A DNA stretch of 64,000 nt, taken from Octopus sinensis (Eukaryota). The notes below the pieces were generated by a model. It searched no databases. It saw only the letters and a program-made list of their open reading frames with translations, and was not told where the DNA came from. Where the stretch lies: contig NC_042999.1 in the NCBI RefSeq assembly GCF_006345805.1, forward strand, positions 145,390,001-145,454,000, read 5' to 3'. Both the position numbers and the translations under genes were made by a program. Position 1 is the stretch's first letter. Each line of letters begins with the position of its first letter. This document shows, in pieces, positions 40,030 to 53,506 of this stretch.

Positions 40030-42558
40030 ATATATATCATGCCTTTCTTAATCCAAAGGCAACTCACGTTTGCGACTTTTGTCTTTCTTCGTTATTTTGG
40101 GTTGCATCGCGTTCTCTGCGAGAAATTTGGTTAACATTCTTCAGAAAATGATAGGGTTGTTTCAACAAAAATCCAGGCCAATTTAATCCATTTGAGAAAA
40201 TATACAATCGCGTAATTGTAAACCTTACGATTTAAACTAATATTAAAATGGGATTGCGTATGTTGATCGTCATTTATAGAATGTACGTAAAATGAAACGA
40301 TAAAAGTTAAAATAAACTAAATAAATGAAAAGACTTCATACTTGAATTACTGCCAATGAAAACGCAAAAATGCACACGGTATGTACATCGTCAACATTAT
40401 ACTGCAATAGTCTACTGAAAAAGAAAATAAACGACATTAACGCATCATCTGCATATATCAACGGGAGAGAAAATAGTTCTAATCGCAAAGTACCTTTATA
40501 TTTAGAACAAAAATGTTTCTAAATCTATCTTACAACTTTTCATAAGAACAAATACTCCAAATATCCAACACGTATTACAGAAATAGAACTGTGTACACAA
40601 ATATATAATATACAGTAAAAATACAATCTACCAGCAAACAAACAACCAAACTGTAAACCTTAAAATTAAAAGTATAGAGCATGTAAACAAAAAGGCTTGG
40701 AACTTTACAATCAAGCTAAATAAATAAGAATACACAAATCACAAAATAGTGACTAAAAGACACCGAATCAGAACAGCATATGTTAAAAAGAAAAGAATAA
40801 AATTATGTTTGAGAAAGATTGAAGAATAGAAAAGTTCTATAGATAGAAGCTTTTAGGATATGACAATAATCTGAATGTGAAAATATTTGCAGAAATAAAG
40901 ACTCAACAAATTTCTCTATGCCACAACAAAACGTCTTAAGGATAACATGACAGCAGCTATAAGAATCCCAAATCTTGCTTTGTAGACTTAACGTAAACCG
41001 ATTCAAACAATGATATCTCCAGGATAAACCAAATAATATATGCAACAACCATGGTACTTATGAAGCAGAGTACATATTCTTTCGGATCTACTCATATAGC
41101 GATATCGAGCTCCAACTTAGGTGGAACATCCACAACAGAAAAAATGTAGGAAATTAAAGAAAAGCATAATCCTTAATAAGTTCAAATACAAAAATACACA
41201 AAAACAAAAAAAAGAAAAGAAAGAAAATAACTAGAGACAACCTCTATAGGGATATAACATAAAAAAATGTTGCCAAAGTGAAAATTATCTTTTCAAAAGA
41301 GAAATCCATGCTAAGTCTTAAGGGATCATTATGAAAAGCAACAATGGTTCTTTGAACAGGAAAAATATTCTAATGCAGCTCAAAATGAATCTTACCAAAA
41401 CTTAGGTAAAGATAAGATAGAAATCAATGCAGCATCAAAAGCAAGAGAAAAGAGTTCTCAAGGAGTTGGCGTTTCGAGAGCGAAGGAAATGCCATAAGTA
41501 GGAATATTCAAGCAAGTACAGAGCCTGAACAATCATCGAACGCCATGTGAAAACGAGTAGGAAGAGAAGTGGTTGAGATACTACAAAAATGAAAAACTGA
41601 AAAGTTTTTGGCTGCTAAATTTCTAACATCACAGTGGCAACACAGTAATACACGTCTTTTAAATGGAAAAGTTTGTTCTCTGAAGATGAAATCCAACAGC
41701 GAAAAGCATGTTCACGTCCTATTCTACCAGAACATGTTAAGAATGAATATCGCATCATAGTTTCGACTCTCTCTAATTTGAATACTGATAATAATCTTAT
41801 ATGAGTTGGTAGCTGATCGAATAACTGTTCGCATTTATGTCAGAAATAACGTAAGACCCTCACACACACACATACATGATAAGTGGAAATTATGCCATAA
41901 GTATGAAATACATACAGAAAATAGGTGGTTCTGACATATCGAGAAATGGTGTCAGATAACGATGACGGGTCTATTTTGTAGGGCATGCTAATTCATACAG
42001 ACATGAACATTAAGAAATAGCGGGTCAAAAAGCACCAAGTAAATATATCTCCAAATGGATTTATCTCTTTCAACAGTTAACAACTTATTTTTTAAAGAAA
42101 CAGTGAAACAATTGAAATATACTTTGGAATCGTAATAGTTTGGCAAATGGCTTAAAATAACACAATGTGTTGAAATTGAAGCAGTTACATCTCGATAATG
42201 GCACAAACTCATTAAAATCATTATATCGAATCATAAAGATATGTAAATAAAGATAAGCAGAGGTGCAGATTGTGAAATGAATCACTCCTTATAAATATAG
42301 GTGCTGTAGAAATGATTAAAAAGGTGTACAGAAATACATAACCTAAGTCCAAAAAGTTACACGTACGCAACATGCAGTTCTACTAAGCATTGCTTACACA
42401 TACGCTACATATGTTGAATACAATGTGGCTATGTAAAAACAAGCCCAAACTGCATGTACCAAAGGCATACAGAAATATTGGTTGTATAGCGAAAACACAA
42501 CAAAAATAATACTACAAAAACAATAATAGTAAAAAGTAATATTAATTATAACAGTGAA

Positions 42559-43340
42559 GTGGCGAGCTGGCAGAAACGTTAGCGCGCCGGGCGAAATGCT
42601 TAGCGGTATTTCGTCTGTCGCAACGTTGTGAGTTCAAATTCCGCCGAGGTCGACTTTGCCTTTCATCCTTTCGGGGTCGATAAATTAAGTACCAGTTACG
42701 CACTGGGGTCGATGTAATCGACTTAATACCTATGTCTGTCCTTGTCTGTCCCCTCTGTGTTTAGCCCCTTGTGGGTAATAAAGAAATAGGTATTTCGTCT
42801 GCTGCTACGTTCTGAGTTCAAATTCCGTCGAGGTCGACTTTGCCTTTCATCCTTTCGGGGTCGATTAAATAAGTACCAGTTACGCACTGGGGTCGATATA
42901 ACCGACTTAATCCGTTTGTCTGTCTTTGTTTGTCCTCTCTGTGTTTGACCCCTTGTGGGTAGTAAAGAAATAGAAATAGGTATTTCGTCTGCCGTTACGT
43001 TCTGAGTTCAAATTCCGCCGAGATCGACTTTGCCTTTCATCCTTTCGGGGTCGATAAATTAAATACCAGTTACGCGCTGGGTTCGATATAACCGACTTAG
43101 TCCGTTTGTCTGTCCTTGTTTGTTCTCTCTGTGTTTGGCCCCTTGTAGGTAGTAAAGAAATAGGCATTTCATCCGTTTTTACGTTCTAAATTCATTTTGA
43201 ATTCAAAATTCCTCGAGGTCGATTATGCCTTCCATCCTTTCGAGGTCGACAAAGTAAGTACCTGTTTAGCACTGGGGTTGATGTAATCGACTTACCCCCA
43301 CCCTGAAATTGCTGGTATTGTGCGAAAATTTGAAACCAAT
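42559..43340 (+). mobile_element. Tandem SINE array: one head, three 184-bp bodies with Tx1-like tails, and one older body with a different tail
   Basis: Bodies start at GG(T/C)ATTTC at 42605, 42789, 42979 and 43163. The first three end in TAAAGAAATA. Confidence 0.92.
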
Positions 43341-43477
43341 ATTAATACTAAACAGTTATTTTAGTAATTATGAAGAAAATGTGGATAACAAGGATACTGG
43401 CACATTGAATTTTGTTAACCACCTCATAATTGTTTCTTTATCTAAGTTTTATATGTTAGTTTCAAATTTTGGTACAA

Positions 43478-43830
43478 ATCCAGTAACTTCTGGGGCGGGA
43501 GTAAGTCGATTACATCGACCCCAGTACTCAACTGGTACTTACTTAATCAACCTCGAAAGGATGAAAGGCAAAGTCAACTCGGCGGATTTTGAACTCAGAA
43601 CGTAATGACAGACGAAATGTCGCGAAACATTGTACCCAGCATGCTAAAGATGCTTTTCTACTCTTGGCACAAGGCCCGAAATTTTGGGGAAGAGGGCTAG
43701 TCGATTAGATTAACCCCAGTATGCAACTGGCACTTAATTTATCGACCCTGAAAGGATGAAAGGCAAAATCGACCTTGGCGGAATTTGAACTCAGAACGTA
43801 AAGACAGACAAAATGCCACTAAACAGCGTG
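43478..43830 (-). mobile_element. Two adjacent Nin-core tRNA SINEs
   Basis: GAAAGGATGAAAGGCAAA..GGAATTTGAACTCAGAACGT at about 43555 and 43750. Confidence 0.85.
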
Positions 43831-46800
43831 CAAACGTTTCTGTATGGGTATGCATCAAATCCTTAGGAACTCGAGCGTAAAAATCAAAATTTTGTATTGC
43901 TATATTTAATGTTTGTTTCGTAGGCTCGTATTAAACCGTTTACATTGTTATGATCTCCCAGAGATGGGGTGTTTATGAGATACGAGTTAGGAAAAGAAAA
44001 AGGGGAAAATTACAAAATACCCGGTAACTATTTCTGTAGGTGATCAGAGACTCCAATGAATATATTTTCTAGAAAAACACCTATATCTTGTAATATATAT
44101 ATGGTTAGATAAATACATATACATACATCCATGCGTATATACAGAAACACACAGACACATACATGCACGCACACACACACGCATGCACACACATATACAC
44201 ACACGTATACACACTGATATGCATGTGTGAAATTTAAAAAGAACAATTTTCGTGAAACATTAAGTTTCTGATGTCTTGTAATTTAGAAACAAAAATTACC
44301 CAAAGAGCCTCTCCTTTCTGTTAGAGCCAAATTCTACCAATTCTGAAATTGAAGCGTTTGCAGAAAATGCAACAAGAATAGGATATCGCTTTTGGAACGG
44401 AAATCAATATAGAAACATAAATGCCAAGATATTTCTGTGTGAAATGTATTCATCAGAAGTAAAATTATAGTTATGCAAAAGTATACATGAAAACGAGCTA
44501 AATATTAAGTATAAAACAGAATCTATAAAAAAAATATTCCCATTCGTATGGTTTCACATGGCTAAATATAATAAATTACATACTGGAGATTTGTAGAGGA
44601 AGCATTCACAGATAAATGCGTACATACTGTTCAATACAATACAGGTGCTATTTAAAAAAATATAACTGAAAAATATTGTATAAAATATATGAATTTTATA
44701 CAGGTACTACTTCATTGGAAAACAAGTAATTGTATAAGAGATACTACTACATAATAATAGAGTTAACAAACTATATTTTATAGAATGAGAACGAAGAGGA
44801 TTTCTAAAGAATGAAGATATTGTAGAAATATGTGTATCAGCAGAATCATATTTGTAAACTTGCGTTGAGTTTTTCGGATAGAAAACTTAGACGGCACATT
44901 AAAGTTCTCAAATAGTAGAAAATGCACGGAAATTAAATACACAAACCAATAGTGAAGATGCGGCAAAGCAAATACAATAACCACGCATACGTATACACGA
45001 ACTTCGTTACATATTAGCGAAAGCAACACAAAAATAGAGAGGCAAAAATGAAAGTTCTTACAATAGACATAAAAAGCAAAGAATAGATACAAATTATTTC
45101 GATATGAAAAACGAAAACATTAACATTAACAAAATATTACTTGCAAAAACATTAGTGAATAATATAGACAGATCTGGAGAAATGATAAATATTTAATAGT
45201 CGAGAACAATGTTGTTTGTAATTACGCTACTGAACAGTACATAAAAGTGTTATTTACTTACCACTAGATGAGCTAAACAACTTGCAGATCTGTGCTTCAT
45301 ATAACATAGTATAACTGAGGCCTACAAAAAGCTTACCGGATTTTCAAGACGCGTTAGACTGAGAGTACAAAACCATATCCTTTGAAGGAAACGCCTAGTG
45401 CATTTCTGGAAAGATAGTGAAGTGCCATTCTCGAGGACACAGTTGAAAATGTAACTCACGATCTACAGATCATGACCACAACGATGTAACAACTAAGCCA
45501 CGTACCGTCAACACGTGTAACACACTCAAGTAAAAGAAAATAGTAAGTTCTTCATTTATCACATACAATTTCATTTGCGACGTTAACCTTTGTCTTAGCA
45601 TTCTCGGTGAGAGTTTTTTTAATATTTATCAAAAATTAATAAAACATAACGTAATTAATATGATCTCTTACTTAACCCTATTTTCATACAAATATGAATA
45701 TTTGACCTTCAGAAACGAAAATGAAAGTCGATCTGGACAGAGACTGAACGAAGTATGTGATGAAAGGAATACAAGTATGGAATATTTTAACCATGAACAT
45801 GATTGTTTCTGGTGTAGCATTTCCACCTACGCTCGTAATATATGATTGTAATCAGCAGTAAAAACATGCCAAAGGCTAAGATTCCTCTGAAAATATGCAG
45901 AAGCTATAGAAGTATACGCAGAGCCCTGCACCTGTAGAACGCATGTACTATATATAAAATATGAGGAAGGGGAATTCAGTTAATTGGCAACAACTTACTT
46001 ACCAACACTCTTCAGCCATAAACCCGGCGCTCTGTAACAGAAGATTGTTACTATTTTATCTATTTAGAATATATGAAAGTATCCTTAAGTTGATTCGAAC
46101 TTAGAACTAATAGGTACACATAACAATATCATAATTCATTTAGTCTATCAGAACTGGCATTTGTTTATTGTTTAGCCTACGCTCAGCTCTGATCATTTAC
46201 AATTAGAATCAAAGATGTTCACGACCATTCCATTTTTTTTAAATATTTAAAAATGACCTGTCGAAAATAAAATTACCCAACATGTTCATTTTTCAGACGA
46301 TAAGGTGTGATTTGAGAAAGATTTGACTGCTGTCTCTTGTTAGTCAAAAGACTCCTTGGAAGATGTCTTGTTTGCTTCAACGTTTATTTTGAAAATAATC
46401 AATCTCAAAAAGTCGTTGATGAACTGCGTCATAGGAACTTCTTTTCTCCCATATACAAAATAACATTTCTAATATTGTCAAGAAACCGGGCATTTCTTTT
46501 AGAGGAGGACAAATTGCTTCATTTAAATCCATCTATCTGCGATTATTTAATGACCCCTGGAAGGCTGAATGAAAAAGTGGTCACTGGAGAGTTTTAAACT
46601 CAAAACGTCAGGGAATACAATGAACTGATGTAGCAATTGTGTCCGGCCAAATAATAAAAAAATAGAAGAAATATTTGCAACTAATATCAGTTTATCGGTC
46701 TAGCATTATAATATATTACTGTGCTAAGGATGTTTTTTGTGGCAGAAATACGTTCTGTTGTCTATAGAAAAAGAAAACGCAAAAAACCTACTGTCTTTTC

Positions 46801-46947
46801 CTTAATGGTGTCAAATCTAGAAAATGTTAGATTCCTTGATATTATTCCACACTTTCGTCCGCCTTCGCCTTTGTTGTATAAATTCATGCCACTTTCATTT
46901 AGCTCATTTTCGTTATATGTATGTATATACACATACATACACATGCG

Positions 46948-47023
<76 letters not shown>

Positions 47024-47029
47024 GTGTGG

Positions 47030-47420
47030 TTGTCTACTCTTTATGCAGAGTCTGGCCACCCACCTGTTGCACTTATTCCTTAGATTCACCACGGCATCTG
47101 ATGTGGCTTTTAAAACTAGACAATGTTATGAAAAGACACCAACATAGATTGAGTATCTGATTTGGACTACCAAGAGCTGCAACTGAGTTCTGATCTTCGT
47201 GGATCTTAAATTGCCTTTTGAGGCTTCCTTTTGATTTGCAGACCTTATGGCAAACACAGCAATGAACGGGGTGCACAGATATATTGGCAGAGTAGTTGGT
47301 GGAGATTCGTTTTTCATGAGCCAAGCAAAAGAAAAGCATGGTCTGTCACAAGCTGCCCACGCAAAAAGGACACTGAGATTCACCTTCTCGATCGCAACAT
47401 TAAAAGAAAAAAATCTTTCT
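47030..47420 (-). mobile_element. Decayed RTE/BovB-like 3' fragment
   Basis: Remnant C-terminal Cys/His motifs (VCHKVCKSKGSLKRQFKIH; SSFKSHIR). Confidence 0.5.
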
Positions 47421-47926
47421 TGAGTCTTGCATGTATCATCCTGACCTTCTCAAAAGCTTGCACTCCACTCCACACTTTCGTTCACTACCCAGCTCGATCC
47501 GAGACAAGGGTTTATGTGGCCTTTGGATCCATTCCAAGTTACTTCATGGTAGTCCTTATGCTGTCCTTAAACCTCTTTTTAGCTTTACACCAATTGCGTT
47601 TTCCCTCTGCAAGCTTGCCATAAAACATGACTGCCATTTTACGTTGACAAATAGACTTTACTCTGTAGTAATGTTACTACTTATTTCTCGCTCAGAGATT
47701 TACAACTATAGAAGTTGATGTGGCTGCGTGTATGTCATTATAATAGTTCATAAAGAGATGAAGAATAAATTTGTATACAGTATCTGCAGATACATGTTGT
47801 ATGCATGCATGCATGTATGTTTGTTTGTATGTATGCATATGTGTATGTTTATATGCATGTATGTATGTATGCATGTATGTATGTATGTATGTATATATGT
47901 ATGTATGTATGCATATATGTATGTAT

Positions 47927-48035
47927 GACCCAGGGTAACATTACCTCCTCGAGGCACTCGATGTAGGCCTCTGTGTTGAGTCTAAGGCCGTGTAGGAAGA
48001 TTAATGAAGGTATCACTAGTGAACATTCCAAACAC
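47927..48035 (-). pseudogene. Tc1/mariner (maT-like) transposase fragment
   Basis: VIPSLIFLHGLRLNTEAYIECLEEVMLPWV matches the maT-type MPP.IF..GL.LN...Y...LE.VVLPW segment. Confidence 0.65.
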
Positions 48036-48291
48036 CATGATGTTGACTGGATGTTTGATTGCTTATCACTCTCAGTACATGTCCTCAGATTGCATTGTCC
48101 TCAGATTGACACCCAAACTTTCTGAAATGTTTGTACTAAAGCTGTATAGCATGTTGTTTCGAAATAACAGGCAATATGAATTGCATTATGGGGCCCAACT
48201 GACCCTACTATACTGTGTAGTGGACAAAATTAAAAACAAACAATGCGCATGCGCGAAATTAAAATATAAAAAGCGCCAATTCACCCATCGA

Positions 48292-48348
<57 letters not shown>

Positions 48349-48619
48349 ATATAGGCAAATTTGTTGTTAAAAATGCACCTAAATTTGAAAAACTTGGAAT
48401 CGTTTAAAATAAATTTATTTACATATATACCAGACTAGTTTTAACAATATTTTTTTTATCAATGGTAAAAATTTAGAAATATGAATTAGAAAAAGAAACA
48501 TGTTTAAAAGTTTCAGTGTTGACAAGTTTAAATTTTCATAACAATCAATAATAGAAAAACTGTGCATCAACTTGTTTAAATGTGTGTGTGTGTGTCTGCA
48601 TATATATACATACATACAG

Positions 48620-48700
48620 GTGGTGCTATTAAGTTAGACATGGTCTGGGCCAATACTGGCCAAAACCTTTCTAAGTTATTCTAAGTTAGTTAGTTAGTTA
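48620..48700 (+). mobile_element. 3' tail fragment of the CR1-type family
   Basis: ATTAAGTTAGACATGGTCTGGGCCAATACTGGCC...TCTAAGTT matches 28008-28056. Confidence 0.75.
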
Positions 48701-48701
48701 G

Positions 48702-48732
<31 letters not shown>

Positions 48733-49364
48733 CATACATACATACATACATACATACATACATACATACATACATACATACATACATACATACATAAATC
48801 CATGTCTAGCTAAAAACATTTAAACATCTATGGAATTTCTTAACATCCGATCAATTTATTTGCACGAATATTTCTGCCCTATTTATTTCATTTGTCAAAT
48901 ATTTTTTCATTACCGTTTTTTATCTCTTTCGCTTAAGCTTTGCAAAGGCAATTCACCCGCATAATTAACCTAATAATCTACCATTCGGCTTGAAACATCG
49001 ATGAGTTTTCATTCGATTGAATTGTAAAGCGTCCTCTCCCCTTCTTATGCTATTCCATAATAAATTACTTTGTTGATGTCTGTACGTGCTGAAAATAATA
49101 TATATTATCAATGTCATTGATTAATAGAAGGGTTATTTACACATCCTATTTTGCCTGTTTTCATATCTATTATTGATTTCTCATATTTTGAAATAAATTT
49201 CACACCTGATTTTACCATAGATGCTCGAAATGAACCCTACATTAATGGGGGTGGGGGTCTGATATATTTGCTTAGGGCTCTGATTCATACACAAAACAAA
49301 AGATCCAAGCATTAAAAACTTATTGTAACCTATTCTTTAGTGTTAATATTTCAAATGAGCATAA

Positions 49365-49580
49365 GGTGGCAAGCTAGCAGAATCATTAGCATAACGAACG
49401 AAACACTTAGCGGCATTTCGTCTGACTAATTAACTCTGAGTTCAAATTACGCCGAAGTCGACTTTGACTTGCATCCTTTCGGGTTCCATAAAATAAGTAC
49501 TAGCAGAGCACTGGGTCGATATAATCGGCTTAGCCCACCGTCGAAATTGCTGGTTTTGTGCCAAATTCCGAAATCACTAT
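49365..49580 (+). mobile_element. Nin-core tRNA SINE
   Basis: Head GGTGGCAAGCTAGCAGAA, GAGTTCAAATT, core, tail GAAATTGCTGG..GTGCCAAA. Confidence 0.8.
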
Positions 49581-51544
49581 TTCAAACGACTATTTTAACG
49601 AAATTTTTTCCTATATTTGAAATATGTTAACCGAAGTGTTTTGTAGCTGAAGTAAAGTATTTCGGAGAAAGATCTTGTGACAATTATTTCTTGATAAAAA
49701 TATGATTTAGAATAATTGAAGATATAGTGAAAGGTATGCAAATTTTGGCTATGCTTCTACGTAAAAATATAGAAGAAATAAATATCACATCTACTTAAGT
49801 TCTGCTGTAAGCTAAAGAGCAGACACATAATTTATAGTGTATGCATTTCTGTTTACATCAAAAGGAACACAATAATAGAATAACAAGTAAGATTTCTATA
49901 AATAACGGCCAAACATTAGTCTTATGAAGTTCAGTTACATTATTTCATGAGCATAAAGATGGGATGGGCATGGCTGGAATTCTTTTGCTCTCGGGACTGC
50001 ACTGGTATCAAGCAACAATAACAATAAAGGGTTAATATATATACACATACACATATATTTATATATGAAAGATAACATAAGATTACACGCACATAAACAC
50101 ACACATTCACATATACAAATTTATATATGAATAGTACTTAAAAATAAGAACTTTTGAAAATATCTCTTGAAAGTAAAAATCGACTAATTTCAAGTAATAG
50201 CCCGGGAGAATATAAAGAAAAGGAAATTGATGACATTAATTAGCTCCGATAATGACTTCTTAACTATTACTTGTTGAAACATTATTAGAGAAAAAGTTCA
50301 GTAGGATTGAAATAGTGAAAACGAAAACAATATGCTAATTGAAGTTTAGCTAAGCTTAATGTACAACTTAAATGCTAATTAATAAAGATGATATGCTGCA
50401 ATGGGAATAAATCTCCCGACAATCTATATCGTGGGCAAAAAAAAGAGGAGTGTTTATTTTATTAACACTGTTAAGAGAAAAGTTTTATTCCCTATTTAGG
50501 CACAAGGTCAGACATTTCATGAGAGAGAGCAACGGGGAAATCGATCCCAGGTTTTGAAAGTTACTCTAATTCAGAAAAGATGAGTAAAGATGAAAGCAAA
50601 GTTAACTTTGGTGATATTTGAACTCAGAACGTATAAAAACATAACTAAGCACCGCAAATATTTTGGTTGATTCTCAACATTTCGTTTCTGTCAGTCCGCC
50701 ACCGAATAATATAAAAGTTCATAATTTCCATTATTAACTTCCGATTAATTAAATTCCTAATTTAGTCTCCGAAAGTCTTCGAATCGGAAACGATGTGTTC
50801 ACCTTCCAGTAACCAGGTCCTTGTCGATATGTGTTAGCTAATCAGTTAGTGCTGATTACAGACTTGTAATGTGAGCAGTCAACAATCTGAAACGATGGAC
50901 ATCTGATATCATTGTCATAAGCTTATCTAAAAAATACCAGTATTGATCCGATGTGGCTTGTCCAAGTTCAGATTGGCTTATTAAGGAAATCTCTGTAATA
51001 TCTATCAAAGCAAGTGGAACTTTCTCAAGAGGCTTTTCACATCCGCTTCTCCGATCCACTATTCTTATTAGGTCTTAGTGTACATCAGAGATGAAATTCT
51101 TGTTGCATACAAATACTATAAGCTTCCAGGCGTCTGCAAATATGTAACCGAACATTGTTCATTTGAGTCATAAGTAGCAACTACTCTCACGGTAGTCCTG
51201 CCTGTGTTGATCAAACTCGGAAAACCTGGCCAATCACCCACCACCAGGAAAATTGCTTTTACCTCGAAAGAGACATGCTATTCCCTAAAGTAATTATCAC
51301 ATAACTAGATTCGAATAAATTGAACGAAGAACAGACCTTGTGATTGACTGAAGGCTGTGTGAGTGCATGTATCCCTAAAATTTGTTTTCACATATGACTC
51401 ATACATTTATATCAGATTACTTGAGATCATTTAACAACTGCCATATCCAGTTGAATATGTCCATCAGTGGATGACAATATATGCTTCCCTGACTACGAGC
51501 GGGAGTAGTGGAGAGAATCATAGTCATGTGTTGAAAGTAAATTC

Positions 51545-51835
51545 CTCACCCCCTGGAAACCATGGATGTTTCGTTCATCATCCTTAACCAAACCTTATTG
51601 AGGGACCTTTTGAACAGGATAGGCTACTAGACCTTAAGAAAATTCTAACAGCGCATGACCCATCTGCAAAGACATGCGCTGTTTTTCATAATGTGAAATC
51701 ATTTAATACACATATGGTTGTGATGCATCTGCCTAATGTCCCCTTATCGGAGGGTAATCACGATGGATATATTGGGCTTCATATGTTTGTACCCCAGTGT
51801 CACTTTGATGCCACGCATTTCTCTCAGTCAATGAT
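51545..51835 (-). mobile_element. Older partial copy of the (TAA)n-flanked ~550-bp repeat
   Basis: ACCCCAGTGTCACTTTGATG..TCTCTCAGTCAAT ends at the same position as 7052 and is followed by TAA-like repeats. Confidence 0.7.
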
Positions 51836-51849
51836 AATAATCATAATAG

Positions 51850-52032
51850 TAGCACACCGGGTAAAATGCATGGCGGCATTTCGTTTGTCTTTACGTTCGG
51901 AGTTCAAATTCCACCGAGTCGACTTTGTCTTTCATCTTTTCGGGGTCGATAAATTAAGTCCCAATGAAACACTTGGATCGATGTAATCGACTAGTTTCCA
52001 AAATTTCAGGCCTTGTACTTTTAGTAGAAAGT
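51850..52032 (+). mobile_element. Nin-core tRNA SINE with (TAT)n tail
   Basis: GGAGTTCAAATTCCACCGAGTCGACTTTGTCTTTCATCTTTTCGGGGTCGATAAATTAAGT. Confidence 0.8.
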
Positions 52033-52084
52033 ATTATTATTTTTATTATAATTGTTGTTGTTGTTGTTATTATTATTATTATTA

Positions 52085-52352
52085 TTATTATCATTATCAT
52101 TCAGTAGTTTTATTTTTATAACATGCTTTCATTTCACTACCGAGCGCAGCTCTGTGTGCCTTGGGTACGTGCTGTGATTTGTTGTGATGCTCTGATGGTT
52201 ACTGTATTGAAAGTGTTCTGCGTAGGATGTATGCCTAGTAGTGCAATTTTTTTGTATGTTAGATGTGTTTGTAAGTCCTGGTGTTTTTGTTATGTATTTG
52301 TCTGAATATTTTTTTATCATGGCTAATGCACCTACTATGATAGGAATTGTTT
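52085..52352 (-). mobile_element. Dong/R4-clade 3' end fragment
   Basis: ETIPIIVGALAMIKK...NIQK(I)ALLG...ILRRTLSIQ* followed by a TAA-type tail. Confidence 0.8.
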
Positions 52353-52425
52353 CTTCTTCTTCTTCTTCTTCTCCTTGTTCTTGTTCTTGTTCTTGCTCTT
52401 CTTCTTGTTCTTCTTCTCTTCTTCT

Positions 52426-52460
<35 letters not shown>

Positions 52461-52467
52461 TTCTTCT

Positions 52468-53400
52468 TATTGCCTTTGCACAGCTTCTAACGCTGGAGAT
52501 GTACTACAGTGTCAGCTGTTCACTGTCAGTGAACTAAGGCAACACTCTTTAATCTTCGAGCACCTTCCGAAGTATTCAAGTGGTTCAAAGCAGTCCTGTT
52601 TTCTGCAAGTGCTCCACCCTTATTGCAGCTCCTATATGTTCCGCGTACTTCTCGATACGACAAATATTGGTACTACTACTACTACTACTACTACCTATTT
52701 CATCGACCACAACTGCTTAACGTCCCAAGCTAACCTATCATATGTCTCATATGTCTTCTTCTTTATCGTATATCTTGTTGTCAGCTGGGCAAGCTATATC
52801 TTTGATCCAGCATAGTTTGTTTTCTTTCTGAATCAAGACTATGGTCGCACTGAATCATAAAATCCTATAGGAACTTTGTATTTATATTTTCGACAATGCC
52901 TTCAGGTTTGTAGTCGTACCAAATTTTTGCTCTGTCAAGTCCATACTTGTTGCAAAGTGACCAATGGACAAGCCTGGCTATATTGTCGTGACGTCACTTA
53001 TATTCCTTCTAGGCTATTCTGTATTTTATGTAGTTTGTTCTTAGGGCTTGCTCCTGGGCAGCACAGATTAGAGCCTCCGTTTCCGGTTTTGAATCACTTT
53101 TATTCATCCACAGCCATTTTTTTCTCTGTCTGTCTTATCTTCAACATCCCTATGAAATTGTCCATGCATTGTTTTCTTTATCCATCTATTTTCAATTTCA
53201 TTCGTTTTCAATTTCTTGTACAGTGCTTTATCTTTGCAATCTTTCATCCTACACAAGCCTGACCTAGTTACTTCTAGTAATAGCGGTTCTGTGGCATTTT
53301 TTACATACCAGGCTATGTTGTTTTCCTCCGCTCTAATGTTGTGTTCGCATCCAATAGGTCCTCTTCCCCTATTTTTCTTGGTAAATAGTCTGTCTGTGTC
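52468..53400 (-). mobile_element. Dong/R4-clade 5'-truncated element (REL endonuclease end)
   Basis: DRLF..KNRGRG, MHGQF, KPETEALICAAQEQALRTN, RHDNIARLVHW, DIACPAD, ILRKVLED*; (AAG)n tail. Confidence 0.85.
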
Positions 53401-53405
53401 TATTA

Positions 53406-53484
<79 letters not shown>

Positions 53485-53506
53485 CGTTGTCGTTGTTGTT
53501 GTTGTT

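Noticed and set aside
40600-45450. A-rich stretches (about 40600-41750 and 44300-45450) that may be ancient LINE relics
   Set aside because: I could not recover any diagnostic motif. A profile-HMM search would be needed.
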